Positions 8,758 to 18,685 of a stretch of DNA of 64,000 nt are shown piece by piece. The DNA lies in sequence record LC819009.1. One strand, given 5' to 3'. The notes below the pieces were generated by a model that searched no databases, was not told the origin of the DNA, and saw nothing but the letters and a program-made list of their open reading frames with translations. Within the stretch, counting starts at the first letter, position 1. Each line of letters opens with the position of its first letter. Made by a program: the position numbers and the translations under genes.

Positions 8758-9972
8758 TTAGTCGTTGGTTTGCGGCTTGGCACGCTTTACTGCAGGCTTC
8801 TTGATCGGCGTTTTCTTCACCGGCACCGAAGCTTTCGACGGTTTCTTAGCCGCCGTGGTCGTAGCGGTTGCACCGCCTTCACCCAGGAGCGTTACCTTGA
8901 AGCCGAACTTCTCGGCAAACGCCGCGGCTTGCTTCTGGGTAAGCTTCGACGTCATCGTCGGGTTCTTCAGACCGACCCCAGCAGCCATGCGGATCACCAG
9001 AGCGTGCTCGATGATGCCCATGCTGCGAACCAGCTGGTCGAGCTTGATGGTCTTCGGGATCTCGATGGTCGGCTGTTTACGACGAGCGCCTGCCAGACGA
9101 TCGATTGCCTTCTGGAGCTCCGAGCCTTCCGGAAGCGGAGACTTTTTACCGAACATCATGCCTGACAGATCCAGCTTCGAGACCGGAGTCACACCTCCTG
9201 AGCTTGCTGCCGTAGATGCGACGGGTTCCGACATGATCGCCATACCGGCGCCAGAAGACGTCGAGAGATCCGTACCACCTTGGGTCTGTCCAGCTTCTGC
9301 GAAGCCCGCCTGAGCCGTTTTAAGGCCCTCTGCGAACGTTCCTTGCTGGCCTTCCGTCAAGATCTTCGTATCCTTGAAGATCACGACGACGACATTGCCG
9401 ATCGGACCGAGTTCCATGTACTGGATACGGTCGACCTGATCCGGGTTTTCGTTGGCAGTGCCTTCGTAAACGCGGATGATTTCCTTTTGCTTCGTGTCGT
9501 AGCCGACCCACACAGTGCTGCTGGAAACCTTGTGCAGGCCGTCGGTCTGCGAAGCCTTCGGATCCGGATCACGTTCGGTAACGTCATGCTCGACAACGAG
9601 CCGGCGCTTCCAGTACGAGATCGGTACTTCGACCGGCGTGTTGCTGCCGTCTTCCGGTTCTTGCTGAACAGAACGGATCGTCGGCGGGAAAGCTTCGTTG
9701 ACCATCTTGCCATTGATGAGCTCGAACATCATGGCGTAATGCTGTTCCTGCGCCGAGCGAGCCTGACCGTGGAAGATCGGCGGTTCGTTCGTATTGAAGC
9801 CGATGGTGTATTGCAGATACGGCATCGACTGGTTTTCATCGTGGCCGACGGTCGTCGTGAGCTTCAGGTTCTGGCGAAGACACGCGAGCGACAGTTGCTG
9901 CTGCATCGACAGGATGGTTGCGATACGTGCCGCGGCTTCCGGATTGGAAATGTTTTTGTTCAGGCTTTTCAA
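8758..9972 (-). CDS. Hypothetical protein with a C-terminal IF2_N-like domain and Lys/Pro/Ala-rich tail
   Basis: IEIPKTIKLDQLVRSMG...VIRMAAGVG...TQKQAAAFAEKFGFKVTL resembles the translation initiation factor 2 N-terminal repeat. Confidence 0.6.
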   Translation of the reverse strand: MKSLNKNISNPEAAARIATILSMQQQLSLACLRQNLKLTTTVGHDENQSMPYLQYTIGFNTNEPPIFHGQARSAQEQHYAMMFELINGKMVNEAFPPTIRSVQQEPEDGSNTPVEVPISYWKRRLVVEHDVTERDPDPKASQTDGLHKVSSSTVWVGYDTKQKEIIRVYEGTANENPDQVDRIQYMELGPIGNVVVVIFKDTKILTEGQQGTFAEGLKTAQAGFAEAGQTQGGTDLSTSSGAGMAIMSEPVASTAASSGGVTPVSKLDLSGMMFGKKSPLPEGSELQKAIDRLAGARRKQPTIEIPKTIKLDQLVRSMGIIEHALVIRMAAGVGLKNPTMTSKLTQKQAAAFAEKFGFKVTLLGEGGATATTTAAKKPSKASVPVKKTPIKKPAVKRAKPQTND

Positions 9973-9982
9973 AGCGAGCTCC

Positions 9983-10318
9983 TCAGTTTTGATAGGACAG
10001 GTCCGTCAGGCGAACGTATTTTTCGATGAACTGTTCGTCGTTCAGGATCTGGGTGACATCATCGGAAACGACAATCCAATCGCCCTTCTTACACAGGACA
10101 ACCTGACCATCGATTTCGAATTCGAGTTCGTCGACCGGGCGTCCGATCAACGATGTGATTTTGCGGCGGGCGAGATGTTTGCAAAAGAGGAAGGGGATCT
10201 CATCCGCATAGCCACGGTAACGGAAGGCGTAAACCTTCTGGACCGTTTTGGGGACGAAAGCGTATTTCAGCATTTCGTCCTCTTCTTTCGTTGCCAAACG
10301 TCTTTCTTGAGACATCAT
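9983..10318 (-). CDS. Phage protein of the GD(W/Y)I motif type
   Basis: VLCKKGDWIVV...EQFIEKY. Confidence 0.7.
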   Translation of the reverse strand: MMSQERRLATKEEDEMLKYAFVPKTVQKVYAFRYRGYADEIPFLFCKHLARRKITSLIGRPVDELEFEIDGQVVLCKKGDWIVVSDDVTQILNDEQFIEKYVRLTDLSYQN

Positions 10319-10548
10319 TCTCCCTTCAGGGGCGGAACGGTTTGATATTTGGCCAGATCGTGCACATACGTGAGGATCTGGTCATTGAGACCGTGCAAGT
10401 AGTACATCAGAAAGACTGTACAGACGAGCACGACTAGACCAACGGCGCTGATGCGCTTGCGAAAATAAAGCTCGTTGCAAAACAGAACGAGACTGCTCAG
10501 CAACAAGAACCCGAGTGCGATGATGGCGAAGACTGCTTGCATTTTCAA
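10315..10548 (-). CDS. Small two-TM membrane protein
   Basis: Two hydrophobic segments. Confidence 0.65.
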   Translation of the reverse strand: MKMQAVFAIIALGFLLLSSLVLFCNELYFRKRISAVGLVVLVCTVFLMYYLHGLNDQILTYVHDLAKYQTVPPLKGE

Positions 10549-10613
10549 CTTCCTTTCTAATAATCAACATATCAGGCCGCTCAATTGCTTTTTATTGCAT
10601 TGGGTTCACGTAG

Positions 10614-10630
10614 GTAATATATCTCCGAAA
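10614..10630 (-). promoter_or_regulatory. Putative early phage promoter
   Basis: TTTCGGAGATATATTAC. Confidence 0.75.
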
Positions 10631-10676
10631 TAAAGTATAGCACATAAACACACAGGGAGCCGAAGCCCCCTGCATG

Positions 10677-11684
10677 TCAGAACAGATCTTCAGAGAACAA
10701 CGGCGTGACGCTAATCAGGTAACCTCGTTCATCCATATCACGCTCACGCCAGATGCCACCCATTTTGGGATCTTCCTGGTGAAAGAGTTTGGATGCGCAA
10801 CGAGTCAGCATCACGGACATCGTAGGCGTGTCGACGATCATCTTATTATCAACCGCCATGAGCATTGCCCGATACCGTGTAACGAAATTGCCGTGATTCG
10901 TAAGAAAACCCTGGACTTCGTTTCGCTGCTGCCCGGCGTATGCTTCCTGGTATTCCCGGGACTGCAGGATGTGGTGATGACGATGCGGACGATCAACGTA
11001 CCACACCACACCATCAACCCAATTCGCAGCCGCTACCGGATACTCGTTCTCACGATCGATCGTGGCTTCCACTGCCTGGATGATCGCAGTACCGAAGTCT
11101 TTGAGCAGGCGGAAGTTCGTCTGGCTGAAGATCGCATTACGCAGCCTGTACAACTGCGCGATGTCTTCTTCGTCCTCATCGTAATGGATGATGGTGAACT
11201 GCATCGACTGCTCGACGATATGCGAACACATCGTACCTTCGGTCTTCTGCCATTTGCGAGGTCCGGTGATGATTGCGATAACCGGTTTGTCCTGTTTCCA
11301 GAACACGCAGATGTAGAGAGTGTCGTAACCGTACAGTTCGCTGTTGGCGATGTCAGACCAGGGCGTGCCGTCCATCAACACGAAATCACGACCTTTCTTC
11401 TCCGGGTTCTGCCGCATGAACTGCTCGGCTACCAGAATCGCTCGCATGCAAAGCGTTTCGGTGGTCTGAGGATTCACGTCGTAAACCGGCTGAGTCAAAC
11501 CACCCAGTCGGTAAACGTACTTGCAGCCCTTCACGAAACGATAGAGCAGATCGTTAATCTTCGGACCCAGACCAATCGCGCCGCTAGGGTTCGCTCCCCA
11601 GTGACCGGAGAACTGCGCCGGATAGCGGAAGTTAGTCTTCTTGACCAGCCCGCTCAGGAGCTTTTCCGAGTTGTTTTGCGACAT
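10677..11684 (-). CDS. Hypothetical protein with C-terminal QGF..N.G.F..R.EA-type phage domain
   Basis: EVQGFLTNHGNFVTRYRAM; GGAG RBS. Confidence 0.7.
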   Translation of the reverse strand: MSQNNSEKLLSGLVKKTNFRYPAQFSGHWGANPSGAIGLGPKINDLLYRFVKGCKYVYRLGGLTQPVYDVNPQTTETLCMRAILVAEQFMRQNPEKKGRDFVLMDGTPWSDIANSELYGYDTLYICVFWKQDKPVIAIITGPRKWQKTEGTMCSHIVEQSMQFTIIHYDEDEEDIAQLYRLRNAIFSQTNFRLLKDFGTAIIQAVEATIDRENEYPVAAANWVDGVVWYVDRPHRHHHILQSREYQEAYAGQQRNEVQGFLTNHGNFVTRYRAMLMAVDNKMIVDTPTMSVMLTRCASKLFHQEDPKMGGIWRERDMDERGYLISVTPLFSEDLF

Positions 11685-12120
11685 GAGGAGTATGCTCCCT
11701 GTTGAGTGCTAGCGTCCAGGACGTGAAGTCCATGTCGACCAGAACTGTCTTGTTGTTTGCGTGATGTGCCGCCAACACCTTTTCGAATTCCTGGCGGTTT
11801 GCCGGATCATTCGGGTTGTACGGAATCAGGCCAAGGCGGATCACCATATCGTGAACAAAGTCCACGAATTCAGGTTCCGGCCAGCCTGTTCCACGAGCGA
11901 CGTCCATCAGAAGATCCTGACGCCACTTCCAGCCCATCAGGTAGGCCATGGCGTAGTAGTTCTCGACTTTGGGATGATCGTCGTCTTCTTCGACGACTGC
12001 TCCACCATTGAAGCGGACCGCTGCACCACAGAGGTTCGCAAACTCATGGAGGAAGCGTTGTTTGACTTCTTCCGACAACGGCGGATTGAAGGTATTGACT
12101 GTGGCTTCTTTGTAGAACAC
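11632..12120 (-). CDS. Hypothetical protein
   Basis: 162-aa ORF in operon orientation. Confidence 0.6.
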   Translation of the reverse strand: MFYKEATVNTFNPPLSEEVKQRFLHEFANLCGAAVRFNGGAVVEEDDDHPKVENYYAMAYLMGWKWRQDLLMDVARGTGWPEPEFVDFVHDMVIRLGLIPYNPNDPANRQEFEKVLAAHHANNKTVLVDMDFTSWTLALNREHTPHVAKQLGKAPERAGQED

Positions 12121-12190
12121 GGTTCGCCTCTCAAATGAAGCAAAAAAAATGGTGAGAGGGAAATCCTCTCACCACCAACGCGCTTCTCGC

Positions 12191-13630
12191 TTAAGCGCGC
12201 AGGAAAGCGTTCATCGCGTAGAACTTCAGCGACGGATCGAAGATCTGCGAGATCGTGCCGATCTTCCAGCGGTCTTCAGCCGGAATCTTGGCGATGAACT
12301 CGGGATCGCTCGGATGCGAGCCGCCATTGGACATGGAGTCCATGACGAAGCGACTGATGATGGCCGGACGATGCGGATTGAGCGACAGCATTTCCAGCGT
12401 ACCGATGAGCGAATCGATGACCGAACGCGACCAGCATTCCAGCGGAGTCGGCAGGAGCGAATCGTCTTGCAGGTCTTCGAGCCACTTGAAACCGACGTCG
12501 TGGAGTTCTTCTTCGTTCGTGAAGATCTCGTATTTTTCCGGCACCTGAATAGCGATCATCATTGCCAGGTGGTGCTTTTCGACATCACCCGACGCATAGT
12601 CGAGGAAGAACGTGGTGCGCTGATGCAGCCATTGTTCCGGCGAACACATTGCGTCCTGGGCGCCTTGAGCGATCAGATCGACAATGTCTTTCGTTTCGTA
12701 CACCACGCCGTCGTCGCTGTAGACACGCATCTCGATTTCTTCACGGCCTTCACGGATCACGTTGTTCATGATGCCGGTCCAGAAACCTTCGCACAACATG
12801 CGGCCCGTAAATTCATGGAACGCCATGTTCTGCGTATAGCCCGCTTCGCTATGCTTCGACGCATGTGTGAGCTTCGATTGCGTCGACAGGAAGTCGAGCG
12901 GGTTGATGTGACCGCCCACGCCGACCGAGCAGTTCATAGCCAGTCGTTCTTCGCCCACGCCCTTGCCACGCTGATACACGAAGATGCGATAGCGCTTGCC
13001 GATCTTCTTGTAGAACACGATGTACGGCAGCAGCTGGATGTAACGACTGTCATTTTCGCACCAGCCACGACGGATGAAGTTCAGGGCCCAGTAGACCGCT
13101 TCGTTCAGTTCGTTCGGACGCACTTCTTCTTGCGGGACCATCGTCATCATGTCGATGAAGTCGCGAGCGGCGATCGCCAGCACTTGTTCGACCGGCTTCT
13201 TCTGGCCTTCGACCGAATCGCACAGATCAGTGTAGGTCGGCAGACGACCGAAGTCGTGTTCCTTCATCAGGTCGTGTTCGACCGGCGGCTTTTCGTCGAC
13301 CATCAGCGGAATCTGACCCGGATAGAGAAGCGTGCCGAAAAGCGGAACCGGCGCGATGTCGTCCATGATCTGTTCGCCGAACTGGTTCTTGAACCCGAGC
13401 GACACTTGCCCGCCGATCGGCGTGATGACTGCGTTCTCGTCGTCGCGCATCTTCGCCGCACGCTTGATGATCTCGGTGCTGACCGGCAGCAGCGGAACGT
13501 ATGCACGCGCCGACAACGGGGGCGTTTGCAGATCGTCGATTTCGTCTTGCTGGTTTGCTGCGGGCGTGATCAGAACGCGAGTAGCCTGGTCAGCTGCTTC
13601 GGCTTGGTCGAATTTTTCTTGCAGAGACAT
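12191..13630 (-). CDS. NUDIX-fold phosphoesterase (COG4112/YmaB-like) with N-terminal extension
   Basis: YIQLLPYIVF, YQRGKGVGEERL, SVGVGGHINP, REGREEI, VEKHHLAM motifs. Confidence 0.75.
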   Translation of the reverse strand: MSLQEKFDQAEAADQATRVLITPAANQQDEIDDLQTPPLSARAYVPLLPVSTEIIKRAAKMRDDENAVITPIGGQVSLGFKNQFGEQIMDDIAPVPLFGTLLYPGQIPLMVDEKPPVEHDLMKEHDFGRLPTYTDLCDSVEGQKKPVEQVLAIAARDFIDMMTMVPQEEVRPNELNEAVYWALNFIRRGWCENDSRYIQLLPYIVFYKKIGKRYRIFVYQRGKGVGEERLAMNCSVGVGGHINPLDFLSTQSKLTHASKHSEAGYTQNMAFHEFTGRMLCEGFWTGIMNNVIREGREEIEMRVYSDDGVVYETKDIVDLIAQGAQDAMCSPEQWLHQRTTFFLDYASGDVEKHHLAMMIAIQVPEKYEIFTNEEELHDVGFKWLEDLQDDSLLPTPLECWSRSVIDSLIGTLEMLSLNPHRPAIISRFVMDSMSNGGSHPSDPEFIAKIPAEDRWKIGTISQIFDPSLKFYAMNAFLRA

Positions 13631-13742
13631 GGAAAATCCTTATCTAAAAAGTACTACCGGTTTAGGTCAAACCATCCGGTCTTGTAGTAAAAAATAAATT
13701 GAGCCGAGATAGCCGAAGCTATCCCGATCTCATTTTCAAAGG

Positions 13743-14324
13743 TTACGTCTTGGGAAAATTAACGCGTTCCCCACGCTGCTTCTGAGCCAGATACATCCGG
13801 AATGCGGTGATCTGTTGCGAGAATCTTTCTCGCGCTTGTTGCGTTTGCCCATAATTGACCGCAATAGCCGTACAAGCATTTACGAGCTTTGCGAAATCGT
13901 TATCGAACCGCTTGTCTGCAAATGAAGCACGAATGCGAGTGATGTTTTCTTCGTCGATCTGATTGTCAACGCCGTAACGCATTTGCATCGCTTTCCCTGA
14001 TGTCGAGGTAGCAATGTCATATCCGTCACGCCACTGGACCTGGCTGAGATTGTACAAATCTGAAGCACGAATCAAAATGACGAGATCGGGATCAAGTGGT
14101 CGCCGATTGATGACTTCTTTGGCATGATCTGACCAGACCATGTGCTTGTTGTCCATATAGGACCTCAGCAGCTCATTGTCAGCCCACGCTTCTTTGTAGA
14201 ACTTGTCCTGAGCAGCAACAGCTGTTCTGATGCGTTCTATCTCACGTTTGTGGTATTGTCGGACAATGATGAGCAGGATGATAAAAACGAGGCTGATTCC
14301 TCCGAACATCAGTCCATTTTGCAT
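13743..14324 (-). CDS. N-terminally membrane-anchored hypothetical protein
   Basis: FGGISLVFIILLIIV TM segment; GGAG RBS before ATG 14324. Confidence 0.65.
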   Translation of the reverse strand: MQNGLMFGGISLVFIILLIIVRQYHKREIERIRTAVAAQDKFYKEAWADNELLRSYMDNKHMVWSDHAKEVINRRPLDPDLVILIRASDLYNLSQVQWRDGYDIATSTSGKAMQMRYGVDNQIDEENITRIRASFADKRFDNDFAKLVNACTAIAVNYGQTQQARERFSQQITAFRMYLAQKQRGERVNFPKT

Positions 14325-14396
14325 ATTTGAATCTCCGTTATAAAAGGAAAACATAGTCCACAGGATGAGGCATTGCCTCATCCTGGGAGAAGTCGT

Positions 14397-14849
14397 TTAC
14401 TTCTTCTTGACGACCTTGACGGGAGCCTGCGCAATTGCGCCGATTACCACACCAGAGCGAATGTCATCATGACGCATCTTGATGAGGATGCGATTGCTAC
14501 CAGTGACAGGTGGCAGGATGATGACGTTCGTCCAGCCATCTACGTCGAGCACTTCACGGACGATGTTCGCAATGAAACGATCGTCCGAACCTTCCAGACG
14601 AGAGAACAGATCGATCTCGTGTTCCTTGCCGATGTACCAGGCGATTTCACCGATCGTGGGGTCGTACGAGTACAGACCCAGCTTCAGTGCTTTGGCCAGC
14701 AGGTCGAAGAATACATCCTTGACCTCTTGTTCCGACTTGAATCGACGGAACGACTTACCGCTGAATTCGGTAAGCTCTTTCTTGAGCATCTTTTTGACTG
14801 CGTCGAGGGAATTCATGTCAACCATTTTCCTGGCCACCCTTTTTGTCAT
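14397..14849 (-). CDS. Hypothetical protein
   Basis: 150-aa ORF, coding-like codon bias. Confidence 0.65.
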   Translation of the reverse strand: MTKRVARKMVDMNSLDAVKKMLKKELTEFSGKSFRRFKSEQEVKDVFFDLLAKALKLGLYSYDPTIGEIAWYIGKEHEIDLFSRLEGSDDRFIANIVREVLDVDGWTNVIILPPVTGSNRILIKMRHDDIRSGVVIGAIAQAPVKVVKKK

Positions 14850-15099
14850 CTGCGGGTTTCTGAACGCGAATGCGTTCAGTTTCGGGATGGATCGGCACGT
14901 AGTTCACGCCGAATTCGAGAAGCACGCGAGTTGCTTCATCGATGTATTTCTTTTTGCCTTCGTCTGAAAGCTGATCGAAGCTCTCTTCAGAAATCACATG
15001 CAACGTATAGTCACGACGCACGTTTTGTTCGGCCGCTTTCTGAATTGCTTCTTCCAGCGGATATTCCTTTTCTTCGATAGTCAGGATCTGACCCGGCAT
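14818..15099 (-). CDS. Hypothetical protein
   Basis: TTTTAAAA plus GAGGAG RBS. Confidence 0.7.
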   Translation of the reverse strand: MPGQILTIEEKEYPLEEAIQKAAEQNVRRDYTLHVISEESFDQLSDEGKKKYIDEATRVLLEFGVNYVPIHPETERIRVQKPADDKKGGQENG

Positions 15100-15190
15100 T
15101 AGCCTCTCCTCATTTTAAAAAGTTGGTGTTTCGGTACAAAATAAAAAGCCCCGCTATGAAAAATAACGGGGCCTAACATCACCTCCCTAA

Positions 15191-15565
15191 CTACTGGAAG
15201 GTCGGTTGTTGCTGTTGGAATCTACGATCGGGCGGAGTAGGCAGATCATGGATCGCCACTTGCCAGCGCCTGCTGAGTACATCCGGTAAGAACAGCGAGC
15301 GCTTTTCGCAATACGGATTGCCCCAATGATCCTTCTTGGGGACATCTTCCCAACCAAACTCGATTTTCGGAGCTTCAAACGTAGACGGCACATCTTCCTG
15401 CGTACCGTTAGTCTGATCGACCTTGCTTATGAAAGCAAAGGGATAACTACAGTGGATGCAGAATAAACCCTGCGCCTCACGTCCTTCGAAGTTTTCGTTG
15501 CTGGATCTTACCGTCCAGTAATGTCCGTTATCGCAGAGGTACTCTGTGTAACCTTCGTAAGACAT
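15191..15565 (-). CDS. Putative zinc-binding phage protein
   Basis: YLCDNGHYW...CIHC motif; GAGGAG RBS. Confidence 0.7.
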   Translation of the reverse strand: MSYEGYTEYLCDNGHYWTVRSSNENFEGREAQGLFCIHCSYPFAFISKVDQTNGTQEDVPSTFEAPKIEFGWEDVPKKDHWGNPYCEKRSLFLPDVLSRRWQVAIHDLPTPPDRRFQQQQPTFQ

Positions 15566-15608
15566 TATTAGCTCCTCTATCTGAGTAGTTGACTACCCAG
15601 ACTTTCGT

Positions 15609-15965
15609 TTAAATGAAGTTGTTACAAGGGTTGTACTCCAATTGCCCGGTGGTCCTACGATCCGGATAAACTTCGCTACTACTCGTACCACGAAACCCCG
15701 AGTACGATACCGATTTCAACTTGAAGACTTCTTCCCTGGTCAGGGGATTACCATGCTGGTCCATCTCAGCATGGATTTGGAATCGACGGAATGCTTCGTC
15801 GGCTGCTTTTTTCGTGTCCTCTGCTGCAATGAGTCCACGTGACTCTGCGGTCAGCTGATATAAAAAACCACCTGGCTGAGCCGACTCCCAATGTTGTTTC
15901 TCTTGGGCAAACCGCTGCCGGAACCGTTCGATTGATTCCTGGCGTTTCTGTTCCTTAGTCTTCAT
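15609..15965 (-). CDS. Hypothetical protein
   Basis: ATG directly after TTTTAAAA. Confidence 0.55.
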   Translation of the reverse strand: MKTKEQKRQESIERFRQRFAQEKQHWESAQPGGFLYQLTAESRGLIAAEDTKKAADEAFRRFQIHAEMDQHGNPLTREEVFKLKSVSYSGFRGTSSSEVYPDRRTTGQLEYNPCNNFI

Positions 15966-16025
15966 TTTAAAAGGTATTCCTTTCAAACGTTTCAGGATAT
16001 GACGGATTGTCCCCGTCATACCAGA

Positions 16026-16211
16026 TTACTTCAGGTGGTTCTTCTTCAGATGCTTTTTAATCCGAGCCTCTCTTGCAAGCAGGACCGGATCCACGTAGTG
16101 AGCACCAACGCTGCGCGTTACATCATGGCGCAAGTGCGAAGGTTTCGTCGTGCGCCGACAGTTCTTCATCACGTTTTGCATCTTCCCGTTCCTTGAGCGT
16201 TTGTGCTTCAA
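16026..16211 (-). CDS. Small basic hypothetical protein (start uncertain)
   Basis: Fills the operon gap. Confidence 0.45.
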   Translation of the reverse strand: MKHKRSRNGKMQNVMKNCRRTTKPSHLRHDVTRSVGAHYVDPVLLAREARIKKHLKKNHLK

Positions 16212-16617
16212 AGGAGCCTTCCGGATATTTACCCGGAATGCGGTCAGGATACAGCTTCTTCAACCGGCGGATGTATTGCAGCGCATGCCACTCGGTTACG
16301 AAGATCAGGTTTTGTGCCTCCGGCCATGCCGGCAAGGCGAGGAACTCAGCTTTCTGCTGCGGAGTATCCACGCCAAAGTCGGCGAAGTGATGAGACTCCA
16401 TTTCGTTGGTGTGTTTACGACCAACGACTTTCTTTCCTTCGAACCATTCGAAGAGTTCTGGGAACGGTCCGTCGGTCCTACGGTTGTCCTCGAACGCATA
16501 CGGAACGGTTACGAAGATTTTGATAATCTCCTCAGACATCGAGTAGCCGTTAACGAGATAAAGCTTCGCGCCTTTCTTGAAGTCTTCGAACTTAGCACGA
16601 CCGGCTTTAGTTGCCAT
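16123..16617 (-). CDS. Hypothetical protein
   Basis: GAGGG RBS before MATKAGR. Confidence 0.65.
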   Translation of the reverse strand: MATKAGRAKFEDFKKGAKLYLVNGYSMSEEIIKIFVTVPYAFEDNRRTDGPFPELFEWFEGKKVVGRKHTNEMESHHFADFGVDTPQQKAEFLALPAWPEAQNLIFVTEWHALQYIRRLKKLYPDRIPGKYPEGSFEAQTLKEREDAKRDEELSAHDETFALAP

Positions 16618-16855
16618 CTGTATTGCCCTCCGTCGCAGCATTCGTCTTTTCAACGTATGCGTTGTACTGCTCGATCAGCAGGTTGATCGGGTTGCGTTTG
16701 ATCGCGAGACCTTTGAGATCCAGATTCCGCGTAACTTGCAACTCACGAATGAGATATCCCGGTCCAGTCAAAGCATGCAGAAGCTCCCCCAGAGCCTCCA
16801 CATCTACGGATACCATCGCACGTTCTTCAACTTCTACTGATTGCTGTTCCGACAT
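16607..16855 (-). CDS. Hypothetical protein
   Basis: TTTTAAAA plus GGAG RBS. Confidence 0.7.
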   Translation of the reverse strand: MSEQQSVEVEERAMVSVDVEALGELLHALTGPGYLIRELQVTRNLDLKGLAIKRNPINLLIEQYNAYVEKTNAATEGNTDGN

Positions 16856-16877
16856 TTTCTTTCTCCGTTTTAAAAGG

Positions 16878-18239
16878 TTAGTTCCAATGGCGCGCCAGTT
16901 CCTCGGACTGCTGGCGATCCATCTCCTCTTCCAGCTTCTCCACTTGCCGCAGGGTCATGAAGAGCTGGTGTTGGTGGTCGCGAATCCATGCGACCATTTT
17001 CTTGATGTTGAAGACGTAGAAGCTTTCGAACTTATCGTCATTCGGCCCGTACAGCGTGACGAATCGTCCGAAGTTACGCTGCACCATGTAACGATGAAAC
17101 TTACCTTCATCGAGCCACTTACCCTGATTTTCGGGGCGACGACCCACCGAGTTCAGAATGCAGCTGACGAGACGGCTGAGATTGACAACGAGACGCTCGT
17201 CCTTGTTCAGATGAGGCAATCGAAGCGAATTTTCACGAGCGAACATTTCGATCGTAGCTTCCTCGGCGGCCAGAAGCTCGTCGATCGCAACCGGGCGATA
17301 CTGCGGAAAGTCATCGCGCAGATCCACCTTACCGTCACCACGCTTGATGATCTTCCAGACATGGTGCATGTTGTACTGGCGAGGTTCATCAAGGACGAAC
17401 GCACTGCCGAGAACACCCGGTTTGATTTCCTGCATCACCAGCAGGTAATTGCGAGCCCCCATCACGACGATATGATCGACCGTGAAACGATTGTTGCCGA
17501 GATGATCCGGATGTTCAGGATTGACTTCGACAATGGTCCCTTTCGGAAAGTGAGCCGGGCCGTACTTGATGTCCATTTCCGTATGACCATGGCGGCCGAA
17601 ACGCTTTTCGTAATTGATCAGCGCGTACGGATACTTGTCTTCGAAGTCGTGAAGCCAAGGCAATTCGGCCACACAAACACCGTATGGATCAGTCAGTGCC
17701 CAGAGTTCTTCACCAGGAATATCTTCCTTCTCAATCTTCCAGCCATCGGCACTCGTATAGACGCCGAGTTTACGTTCGACGAACGTACGATGGAAACGCT
17801 CGTTCCAGATCACCTGTTCCCAATACTCATTCGGGAGAACGAGACTCGATTGCATCCAGGCACTCAACCAACGATCGAACAACTGGAAGTCGTCGACAGA
17901 TCTAGCCTGGTCGCGCAGAAAAGCACGAGCATAGTTGATATCGCCGCCCGCCATGTGCTTGGCTTTCTTCGTGATGCAGCGATGCACTTTCAGACCCTGG
18001 CGCATGTACTTGATACTGATATTCGACATGTACGACGGATCCATCGACTTCGCTCCATAAAGCACACTGCTCGGAAGAGCAATTGCGTCGTGAATGATCT
18101 TGCGCATGTGATCCTCGAACTCACGGGTATCTTCAATTCCATGATTCGAAAACATCTGCTTGCGGCTATAATGAATCTCAGGCCGAAACGGATCGAGGTT
18201 ATTGAAACCCGACAACTCATACATTTGCTTGTTATCCAT
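16878..18239 (-). CDS. Hypothetical protein
   Basis: 453-aa ORF, TTTTAAAA plus GAGGT RBS. Confidence 0.8.
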   Translation of the reverse strand: MDNKQMYELSGFNNLDPFRPEIHYSRKQMFSNHGIEDTREFEDHMRKIIHDAIALPSSVLYGAKSMDPSYMSNISIKYMRQGLKVHRCITKKAKHMAGGDINYARAFLRDQARSVDDFQLFDRWLSAWMQSSLVLPNEYWEQVIWNERFHRTFVERKLGVYTSADGWKIEKEDIPGEELWALTDPYGVCVAELPWLHDFEDKYPYALINYEKRFGRHGHTEMDIKYGPAHFPKGTIVEVNPEHPDHLGNNRFTVDHIVVMGARNYLLVMQEIKPGVLGSAFVLDEPRQYNMHHVWKIIKRGDGKVDLRDDFPQYRPVAIDELLAAEEATIEMFARENSLRLPHLNKDERLVVNLSRLVSCILNSVGRRPENQGKWLDEGKFHRYMVQRNFGRFVTLYGPNDDKFESFYVFNIKKMVAWIRDHQHQLFMTLRQVEKLEEEMDRQQSEELARHWN

Positions 18240-18259
18240 TCTTACCTCATTTTAAAAGT

Positions 18260-18685
18260 TTACGGCTTGTGGAACTTGGCGATGTGTACGCCGGGAGCAT
18301 CCTTCAAGTCGTCATAAAACCCACGCTGAAACACCCGCTTCATTTCGTCAGCGGATGCCAGCCTGGTGCAATGAATTTCCGGATCCACATCGATGAACCC
18401 GATCTCGCCCTTGGTCGAAAACCTGCCTGCTTCTTTATCCAGAGATGAGAGAATGCATCCCAAGAACCGTTTCGTCTTCTTTTCGAAGACCGACTTGTGG
18501 CACATGGGTGGCAAGTTCCACGGCCTTAGGGACTGACAATACTCCTCTTTCGATACCAGCTTCCCGTTTATCCCGAATTCCTGCCCCATCGGCCCCATCC
18601 GAAAGAAGAAGCTCGGCTTCTCCGCAGTCTCCACTCTGCGTCTTGCCGCATCCGTCAGAACCATGGGAATTCGATGCTTGGACAT
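18260..18685 (-). CDS. Hypothetical protein overlapped by the 3' end of the QueC-like ORF
   Basis: GAGGT RBS; its stop lies directly before the next TTTTAAAA-RBS. Confidence 0.6.
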   Translation of the reverse strand: MSKHRIPMVLTDAARRRVETAEKPSFFFRMGPMGQEFGINGKLVSKEEYCQSLRPWNLPPMCHKSVFEKKTKRFLGCILSSLDKEAGRFSTKGEIGFIDVDPEIHCTRLASADEMKRVFQRGFYDDLKDAPGVHIAKFHKP

